A stretch of 64,000 bases of DNA, taken from an uncultured Actinomycetota bacterium (GTDB taxonomy: Bacteria > Actinomycetota > Acidimicrobiia > Acidimicrobiales > RAAP-2). Below the pieces are notes generated by a model. It had not been told where the DNA came from. It made no database searches and saw only the letters and a list, made by a program, of their open reading frames with translations. Numbering within the stretch: the stretch's first letter is position 1; each line of letters opens with the position of its first letter. A program made the translations under genes and the position numbers. The stretch covers positions 112,369 to 176,368 of the forward strand of contig CAWDUM010000003.1 in NCBI GenBank assembly GCA_963805595.1. Reading direction: 5' to 3'. Of the stretch, positions 57,565 through 64,000 are shown in pieces.

Positions 57565-58449
57565 TTGAGCAGCGCCGCGATCATCCACGCCGTTGTCGAC
57601 GGCATACTGACCGGTTCGGTCTATGCCCTGATGGCGACGGGGTTGACGCTGATCTTCGGAGTGATGGACATCATCAACGTGGCTCAGGGGATCCTGGTGA
57701 TCCTGGGGGCCTACCTCAGCTACGCGCTGTCCGTCCACTTCGGGATCGACCTGTTCGTCGGCCTGGCGATCACGATCCCCACCTTGTTCTTGGTGGGGAT
57801 CGTGATCGAACGGGCCTTCATCGGGCGTCTCAAGGGGCCCGAACGTACCGCCATGTCGATCCTGGTGACCTACGCGGTCTCGCTGCTGATCGAGGGCGCG
57901 CTCAACATGATCTTCTCGACGAACGTGGTGGAGCTGCGCGCCTCGTACGTCAACACGTCGTTCAAGCTCTTCGGCGTCTACTTCGCCTACATCTACGTCG
58001 ACGGCTTCATACTGGCGGTCGTCCTGCTCAGCGCGCTGTACATCATGCTCTACCGGACCCGCTTCGGCTCGAGCGTGCGCGCGTCGCTGGCCGACCAGAC
58101 GTCGGCGGCCCTCGTGGGCATCAACGTCCGTCGGGTGTCGACCATCTGCTTCGGGCTCGGCGTGGCCGTGACCGCCGCCGGGGGCATGATCTACGGCGCC
58201 ACGAACGCCTTCAACGCCAGCACGAGCTACGACCTGATCTCGCGCCTGCTGATCATCGTGGTGCTGGGGGGGATGGGCAGCCTGCTCGGCGCGATGGTGG
58301 CGGCGATCGCCATGATCATGATCGAGGACGTGGTCGCCGTCGTGTGGTCGCCCGTCTGGTCGACGATGGTCTTCTTCCTCGTGCTCGTGGTTGTCCTGTC
58401 GATTCGACCCCAGGGGCTCTTCGGTAAGCAGTCGGCCAGGGTGGCCTAG
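57565..58449 (+). CDS. branched-chain amino-acid-type ABC transporter permease (LivH-like)
   Basis: 294-aa polytopic protein. IINVAQG motif. Operon order. Confidence 0.85.
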   Translation: MSSAAIIHAVVDGILTGSVYALMATGLTLIFGVMDIINVAQGILVILGAYLSYALSVHFGIDLFVGLAITIPTLFLVGIVIERAFIGRLKGPERTAMSILVTYAVSLLIEGALNMIFSTNVVELRASYVNTSFKLFGVYFAYIYVDGFILAVVLLSALYIMLYRTRFGSSVRASLADQTSAALVGINVRRVSTICFGLGVAVTAAGGMIYGATNAFNASTSYDLISRLLIIVVLGGMGSLLGAMVAAIAMIMIEDVVAVVWSPVWSTMVFFLVLVVVLSIRPQGLFGKQSARVA

Positions 58450-59447
58450 TGAGGAAGCGGAACCTGTGGTGGCTGGCGGCCCTGATCGTCCTGGCCGTGT
58501 ACCCGCTCGTGGTGACGAACCCGGAGTGGACCACCATCGGGGTCTTCACCCTCATCTTCATGGCGTGCACGACGTCGTGGAACATGTTCTCGGGTTACTC
58601 GGGCTACATCGCCCTGGGGTCGGGCGTGTGGTACGGCATCGGGGCCTACACGATGACGCTGTGCGCGATCCACTGGCACATGGCGCCGGGCGCCGCGATG
58701 TTCTGGCTCGTCCCGCTCGGCGGGCTGTTCGCGATGGTCGCCGCCGTCCCCATCGGCTGGGTCGTCCTGCGGGTGCGGCGCCACACCTTCGTCGTCATCA
58801 CGATCGCGGTGTTCTTCATCGCCCAGCTGAGCGCGATCAACGCCGGGTTCACGGGTGGAACGGCCGGCCTGTTCTTGCCCTACATCCCCTGGGGCGCGTC
58901 GTACTACAACGTGCCCTTCTATTACGTGGCCCTGGGCATCGTGATCTTCATCACGACCCTGTCGGCGGCGGTGCGCCGCTCGCGCTTCGGCCTCCAGCTG
59001 CTGGCCATCCGCGACGACGAGGACCGGGCCCTGGGTCTGGGCGTGCGGGTCTGGGCGGTCAAGCTCACCGGATTCTCCATGTCGGCGTTCACGATCGGCA
59101 TGTGTGGCGCGCTCTACGCGATGTTCCAAGGGCAGATCTACCCCCAGTTCGTCTTCGACCCGCTCTTTGACATCTCGATCGCGCTGATGGCGTTCTTCGG
59201 GGGGCTGGGCACGCTCGTGGGCCCGCTGCTCGGCGCGCTGGTCCTCGAGTCGCTCCAGCAGTACCTGACCGTCTCGTACTCCAACGGGTCGCTCTACCTC
59301 GTGCTCTTCGGGTCGCTCTTCCTGATCGTGATCCTCTTCATGCCCCAGGGCGTCGTCGTCGCCGTGCGCGACCGGCTGTCCAAGAGGGCCGAGCGCGAGC
59401 GCGCCGAGGTCGCGTCCAACGACGCCGCGCTGGCGGGGGGCGGCTGA
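58449..59447 (+). CDS. branched-chain amino-acid-type ABC transporter permease (LivM-like)
   Basis: 332-aa polytopic protein. NMFSGYSGYIALG motif. Start overlaps the upstream stop. Confidence 0.85.
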   Translation: MRKRNLWWLAALIVLAVYPLVVTNPEWTTIGVFTLIFMACTTSWNMFSGYSGYIALGSGVWYGIGAYTMTLCAIHWHMAPGAAMFWLVPLGGLFAMVAAVPIGWVVLRVRRHTFVVITIAVFFIAQLSAINAGFTGGTAGLFLPYIPWGASYYNVPFYYVALGIVIFITTLSAAVRRSRFGLQLLAIRDDEDRALGLGVRVWAVKLTGFSMSAFTIGMCGALYAMFQGQIYPQFVFDPLFDISIALMAFFGGLGTLVGPLLGALVLESLQQYLTVSYSNGSLYLVLFGSLFLIVILFMPQGVVVAVRDRLSKRAERERAEVASNDAALAGGG

Positions 59448-60226
59448 TGGGCGTCGTCCTGCGGGCGACGGACGTGACGCGAGCGTTCGGCGGGGTCCAG
59501 GCCCTCGACGCGTGCTCGCTCGAGGTCGAGGAGGGCTCCATCACGGGGCTGATCGGGCCCAACGGATCGGGCAAGACGACCCTGTTCAACGTCATGACCG
59601 GCTACGTGGCGCCCGACACCGGGCGCGTCGAGTTCCAGGGTCGCGACATCACGCGCGCGCGACCCGACGCCATCTTCGCGATGGGCGTCGGCCGGACCTT
59701 CCAGCTGACGCGGATCTTCGCGAGGATCTCGGTGCTCGAGAACATGCTGGTCGCCACGCAGCGCGACGAGAGCTGGCTGCGCGGCCTGACGCGCTCCATG
59801 TCCTCCAAGGGCGAGGTGGCCGCGGCGATGGAGTGGCTCGACTTCGTGGGGATCGCCAAGCTCGCGCACCTCCAGGCGGGCGCGCTCTCCTTCGGCCAGC
59901 GCAAGCTCCTCGAGCTGGCCTACGTGCTGGTCGCCGACCCCGACGTGATCCTGCTCGACGAGCCCGCGGGCGGCGTCAACCTCACGCTGATCAACGAGAT
60001 CGCGGGCCGGATTCGCGTGCTCAACAGGTCGGGCAAGACCTTCCTGATCGTCGAGCACAACATGGAGTTCGTCATGGACCTGTGCGACTCGGTGACCGTG
60101 ATGCACCAGGGGTCCGACCTGGTGACGGGGACGCCCGCCGAGATCCGCCACGACGCGCGGGTGCTGGACGCCTACCTGGGCGGCGGCGAAGAGGACGAGG
60201 AGCCGCTCGAGGTGACCCGTGGCTGA
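59447..60226 (+). CDS. ABC transporter ATP-binding protein (LivG-like)
   Basis: GPNGSGKTT, LSFGQRKLLE, ILLDEPAGG. Confidence 0.9.
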   Translation: MGVVLRATDVTRAFGGVQALDACSLEVEEGSITGLIGPNGSGKTTLFNVMTGYVAPDTGRVEFQGRDITRARPDAIFAMGVGRTFQLTRIFARISVLENMLVATQRDESWLRGLTRSMSSKGEVAAAMEWLDFVGIAKLAHLQAGALSFGQRKLLELAYVLVADPDVILLDEPAGGVNLTLINEIAGRIRVLNRSGKTFLIVEHNMEFVMDLCDSVTVMHQGSDLVTGTPAEIRHDARVLDAYLGGGEEDEEPLEVTRG

Positions 60227-60974
60227 GACCGATTACCTGCGCTTCGAGGGGGTCGTCGCCGGTTACGGCGGCGGCGACGTCCTCAAGGGTGTCGACTTCA
60301 CGGTCAGCCACGGCGGCGTGACGTGCATCGTGGGACCCAACGGGTCCGGAAAGTCGACGCTGCTCAAGACCGTCAGCGGCCTCGTGCGGCCCCGGCTGGG
60401 ACAGATCTGGTTCAAGGGGACGCCGCTCGTCGGGCTCAGCCCGCGCGAGATACTGCGCCTGGGCATCGTCCAGGTCCCCCAGAACCACAGCCTCTTCAAG
60501 GAGATGACCGTCGAGGAGAACATCGACCTCGGGGCGTTCCTGGTCAAGGATAAGAAGGTCATCGCCCAGCGCAAGGCCGAGATCAAAGAGATGTTCCCCG
60601 TGGTGGCCGAGCGGGCGCGCGACAAGGCCGGCAGCCTGTCGGGCGGCCAGCAGCGCCTGGTCGAGTTCGCGCGTTGCCTCATGCTCGTGCCCGAGCTCGT
60701 CGTCTTGGACGAGCCGTCGATGGGGCTGGACCCCAAGACCCTGCGTTCGATGTTCGCCACCATCAAGATGATGAACAGCGTGGGCCGCACCGTTCTGCTG
60801 GTCGAGCAGAACGCGCGACAGGCCCTCAAGATGAGCCACGATGGTGTGGTCCTGGAGAACGGCCAGGTCCGCCTGCGCGGGACCGGGACCGAGGTGCTCA
60901 ACAACCCCGAGATCGGGGCGCTCTATCTGGGTGGGGCGATTGAACAGACGACGAGAGTCGACGAACGAGGGTGA
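60219..60974 (+). CDS. ABC transporter ATP-binding protein (LivF-like)
   Basis: [29 protein letters not shown]. Confidence 0.9.
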   Translation: MAETDYLRFEGVVAGYGGGDVLKGVDFTVSHGGVTCIVGPNGSGKSTLLKTVSGLVRPRLGQIWFKGTPLVGLSPREILRLGIVQVPQNHSLFKEMTVEENIDLGAFLVKDKKVIAQRKAEIKEMFPVVAERARDKAGSLSGGQQRLVEFARCLMLVPELVVLDEPSMGLDPKTLRSMFATIKMMNSVGRTVLLVEQNARQALKMSHDGVVLENGQVRLRGTGTEVLNNPEIGALYLGGAIEQTTRVDERG

Positions 60975-60984
60975 GGAGCCAGGG

Positions 60985-61923
60985 GTGAGTGAAGACACCG
61001 TCAAGATCGGGTGGATCGGGTGCGGCCGGATGGGCGCGGCGATGGCCACGCGACTCCTCGACGCCGGACACTCCGTGCGCGTGACCAATCGCACCCGCGA
61101 CAAGGCCGAGGCGCTGGTGGCGCTCGGCGCCGTCGTCGTGGACTCGCCACGGGACCTCGCGGGCTGCGACGTCGTGTTCATCATGGTGTCGGCCGATCGC
61201 GACCTCGTGGCCGTGACCTCCGGCGACGGCGGCCTCCTGACCGACCCGGCGAGGGCCCCGCGGATCGTGATCGACTCGTCGACGGTGTCCGCGGAGACGT
61301 CCGCGGCCGTGCGCTCGGACTGCGCCGAGCGCGGCGCGGCGTTCCTGGCGGCCATCGTGAGCGGAAACCCCAAGGTCGTCGCCGCGGGAGAGCTGACCCT
61401 GGCCGTGTCGGGCCCTCGGGACGCCTACGAGGAGACCAGCCACCTGATCGGCGCCCTGGGCAAGGGCGCCACCTACGTCGGCGACGGCGAGTCCGCGCGC
61501 CTGGTCAAGATCTGCCACAACGTCCTGCTGGGCGTCGTGGCCCAGGCGCTCGCCGAGATCACGGTCCTGGCCGAGCGCGGGGGCGTCTCGCGCAGCGCGC
61601 TCCTGGAGTTCATCAACGGGTCGGTCATGGGCTCGCCGTTCACCCGATACAAGACACCCGCGTACGTGAACCTCGACTTTCACGCGACGTTCACGCCCGT
61701 GCTGCTGCGCAAGGACTTCGACCTGGGCCTCAGCGCCGCCCACGACCTCGCCGTGCCGATGCCGCTGTCGGCGCTGTGCCGCGAGATGGTCGCGAGCGCC
61801 GTCGGCGCGGGGTACACGAGCGAGGACTTCGCCGTCTTGCTGCTCGAGCAGGCCCGGCGCTCCGGGATGGAACTGACCTCGGAAGACGTGGACGTCGACG
61901 ACGGCCTGGGGGTCGGCTCATGA
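60985..61923 (+). CDS. NAD(P)-dependent beta-hydroxyacid dehydrogenase (3-hydroxyisobutyrate/6-phosphogluconate dehydrogenase-like)
   Basis: IGWIGCGRMGAAMATRLL Rossmann motif. Catalytic-domain pattern GDGESARLVKICHN. GTG 60985 follows GAGGAG. Confidence 0.8.
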   Translation: MSEDTVKIGWIGCGRMGAAMATRLLDAGHSVRVTNRTRDKAEALVALGAVVVDSPRDLAGCDVVFIMVSADRDLVAVTSGDGGLLTDPARAPRIVIDSSTVSAETSAAVRSDCAERGAAFLAAIVSGNPKVVAAGELTLAVSGPRDAYEETSHLIGALGKGATYVGDGESARLVKICHNVLLGVVAQALAEITVLAERGGVSRSALLEFINGSVMGSPFTRYKTPAYVNLDFHATFTPVLLRKDFDLGLSAAHDLAVPMPLSALCREMVASAVGAGYTSEDFAVLLLEQARRSGMELTSEDVDVDDGLGVGS

Positions 61924-63170
61924 GGGAGGGATTCGGACCGACGATGAACACTCCCGGGCACATGGGCGTGGACTTCGAGACGCGGGTGGACTTCGATCGA
62001 CTCCGCTCGTACCGGCTCTCGCGGGCGCGCGCCGCGCTCGACGCGAGCGACTTCGGCGCGCTGCTCCTCTTTGACTTCTACAACATCCGCTACGTCTCGG
62101 GCACGTGGGTCGGCGGTGCGCTCGGCGACAAGATGACCCGCTACTGCCTGCTCACCCGCGGGGGCGAGCCGATCGTGTGGGACTTCGGGTCCGCCGCGCG
62201 CCACCACAAGCTGTTCGCCCCCTGGCTCGAGCCCGACAACTGTCGCGCGGGCATGCTCGGCCTGCGCGGGGCCATCGCCCCGCGCGCGGGCCTCTTCGAG
62301 TCGGCGGTCGCCGAGATCGCCGGGCTGCTGCGCGACGCCGGCGTCGCCGGCCAGCCCGTCGGCGTCGACATCGTCGAGCTTCCCTTCCTCTTCGAGATGA
62401 ACAAGGCCGGGTTCGAGGTGCGCGACGCCCAGCAGACGATGCTGGACGCGCGCCAGATCAAGAACCCGGACGAGCTGATGCTGCTGAGCCAGGCGGCCGC
62501 CATGGTCGACGGCGTGTACCAGGACATCTTCGAGGCCCTCAAGCCCGGGGTGCGTGAGAACGAGATCGTCGCGCTGGCCAACAAGAGGCTGTACGAGATG
62601 GGGTCCGACCAGGTCGAGGCGATCAACGCCGTGTCCGGGGAGCGCTGCAACCCGCACCCGCACAACTTCACCGACCGCATCATCCGACCCGGGGACCAGG
62701 CGTTCTTCGACATCATCCACTCGTTCAACGGCTACCGGACCTGCTACTACCGAACCCTCGCGGTCGGCAGCTCGACGCAGTCCCAGCGCGACGCGTACAC
62801 CCAGGCCCGCGAGTGGATGGACGCGGCGATCGACCTGGTGCGCCCCGGGGTGGGCACCGACCAGATCGCCCTGGTGTGGCCCGCGGCGACCGACTTCGGG
62901 TTCAGCGACGAGATGGCCGCGTTCGGGCTCCAGTTCGGTCACGGCCTCGGGCTCGGCCTGCACGAACGGCCCGTGATCAGTCGCCTCAACAGCCTCAAGG
63001 ACCCCATCGAGCTGCAGGCGGGGATGGTGTTCGCCCTCGAGACGTACTGCCCTGCGAGCGACGGGACCTCGGCGGCGCGCATCGAAGAAGAGGTCGTCGT
63101 CACCGATGACGGACCGGCGATCCTGACGAGATTTCCGGCCCAGGAACTTAAGATAGCCAACGAGTATTAG
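61920..63170 (+). CDS. M24-family (creatinase/prolidase fold) protein, probably not a canonical peptidase
   Basis: Pita-bread fold motifs FFDIIHSFNGYRTCYYRT, FGHGLGLGLHERP, FALETY, RIEEEVVVT. ATGA overlap with the dehydrogenase gene. The rest of ORF 61011..63170 runs out of frame through the dehydrogenase. Confidence 0.8.
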   Translation: MREGFGPTMNTPGHMGVDFETRVDFDRLRSYRLSRARAALDASDFGALLLFDFYNIRYVSGTWVGGALGDKMTRYCLLTRGGEPIVWDFGSAARHHKLFAPWLEPDNCRAGMLGLRGAIAPRAGLFESAVAEIAGLLRDAGVAGQPVGVDIVELPFLFEMNKAGFEVRDAQQTMLDARQIKNPDELMLLSQAAAMVDGVYQDIFEALKPGVRENEIVALANKRLYEMGSDQVEAINAVSGERCNPHPHNFTDRIIRPGDQAFFDIIHSFNGYRTCYYRTLAVGSSTQSQRDAYTQAREWMDAAIDLVRPGVGTDQIALVWPAATDFGFSDEMAAFGLQFGHGLGLGLHERPVISRLNSLKDPIELQAGMVFALETYCPASDGTSAARIEEEVVVTDDGPAILTRFPAQELKIANEY

Positions 63171-63179
63171 GAGAGAACG

Positions 63180-64000
63180 ATGACGTCAACCTCGGTCGCC
63201 CCGCGCCCCGCCGACCTGGCGGATCGCCTGGCGCTGTACCGCACGCAGGTCGCGCTGCGCCGGTTCGAGCAGCGCGCCTACGACATGTTCTTGGAGAACC
63301 TGGTCAAGGGCACGAGCCACCTGTCGCTGGGCCAGGAGGCGATCGCCGCGGGCGTCGCCGCGGCCATGCGTCCGACCGACTGGACCTTCGCGACCTACCG
63401 CGGCCACGCCCACACGCTGGCGCGCGGCGTGCCCATGACCCCGGTGCTCGCCGAGCTCCTCGGGCGTCGCAACGGGCTGATGTCGGGCAAGGGCGGGTCC
63501 ATGCACCTGACCAGCGTTGAGCACGGCGTCATGGGCTCCTACGCGATCATCGGGGCGCACCTGCCGATCGCCTGCGGGGCGGCGTGGAGCGCGCAGTACC
63601 GCGGGACCGACCAGGTCGCCGTGTGCTTCTTCGGCGACGGCACGACGAACATCGGCGCCTTCCACGAGGCGCTCAACTTCGCCGCGATCTGGAAGCTCCC
63701 GGTCGTCTTCGTGTGCGAGAACAACCTGTGGATGGAGTACACGCGCACGAGCGAGGTGACCGCGGTGGCGCGCCCGGCGGCGGACCGCGCGTCGGCCTAC
63801 GGGCTCGAGGCGATTGTCGTGGACGGCAACGACGCCGACGCCGTCTTCGAAGTGGCCAGCGCGGCGATCGCGCGGGCCCGCGCCGGCGAGGGCCCCTCGA
63901 TGATCGAGGCCGAGACCTACCGCCACGGCGGGCACTCGCGCGCCGACCCGGGCAAGTACCGCCCCGACGACGAGGTCGCCCAGTGGCTCGCCAAGGACCC
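63180..64000 (+). CDS. TPP-dependent 2-oxoacid/acetoin dehydrogenase E1 alpha subunit (3' end outside the window)
   Basis: My own translation; the ORF is open-ended and so is not in the track: MTSTSVAPRP...FLENLVKGTSHLSLGQEAIAAG...YRGHAHTLARG...GKGGSMHL...FFGDGTTNIGAFHEALNFAAIWKLPVVFVCENNLW. RBS AGGAGAG is at 63169-63175. Confidence 0.85.
   Translation, partial: MTSTSVAPRPADLADRLALYRTQVALRRFEQRAYDMFLENLVKGTSHLSLGQEAIAAGVAAAMRPTDWTFATYRGHAHTLARGVPMTPVLAELLGRRNGLMSGKGGSMHLTSVEHGVMGSYAIIGAHLPIACGAAWSAQYRGTDQVAVCFFGDGTTNIGAFHEALNFAAIWKLPVVFVCENNLWMEYTRTSEVTAVARPAADRASAYGLEAIVVDGNDADAVFEVASAAIARARAGEGPSMIEAETYRHGGHSRADPGKYRPDDEVAQWLAKD

Noticed and set aside
61011-61919. 5' part of ORF 61011..63170
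   Set aside because: It runs out of frame through the dehydrogenase gene. The M24 protein begins at the ATGA-coupled ATG at 61920.

Overview
This is a high-GC (about 70%), gene-dense chromosomal segment with actinobacterial-style organisation: frequent GTGA/ATGA translational coupling, AAGGAGG-type ribosome-binding sites (RBS), and a TCGAAC-type SOS box. I found no transposases, integrases, CRISPR arrays or rRNA. From left to right it contains: (1) a secreted-protein and S53 (sedolisin) peptidase pair; (2) small membrane proteins, a NUDIX hydrolase and a polar amino-acid ABC transporter; (3) tRNA-Ser(GCU); (4) rimO-pgsA-cinA, followed by a recA gene interrupted by a 362-codon LAGLIDADG intein and preceded by a LexA box and a RecA-NDp-like promoter motif; (5) an orphan type IV pilin-like gene with a 22-Thr run and an extra C-terminal domain; (6) serB, a ferredoxin-P450 pair, aminopeptidase P and an ECF sigma pair; (7) rmlA/rmlB/rmlC; (8) an ~18-kb nucleoside/deoxyribose/pseudouridine catabolic supercluster (deoC, two ALDH genes, PNP, phospho-sugar mutase, add, deoA, cdd, psuG, psuK and a BMP-family ABC importer), interrupted by a secreted protein built from eight Cys-x5-Cys repeats plus an FN3 tail; (9) a DHA2 MFS transporter, ettA, kynureninase, hbd and ppa; (10) a divergent catabolic locus: TetR, a lipoyl E2 with tandem E3-binding domains and a C-C-hydrolase-like alpha/beta hydrolase on one arm, and a Liv-type transporter, dehydrogenase, non-canonical M24 protein and TPP E1-alpha on the other. 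The items most worth a second look are the recA intein with its adjacent rare-codon tract, the modular pilin, the Cys-repeat protein, the ALDH paralog that lacks a catalytic domain, and the divergent E1/E2/hydrolase locus with its promoter and operator. All functional calls rest on motif-level reading of the translated ORFs. No database search was possible.
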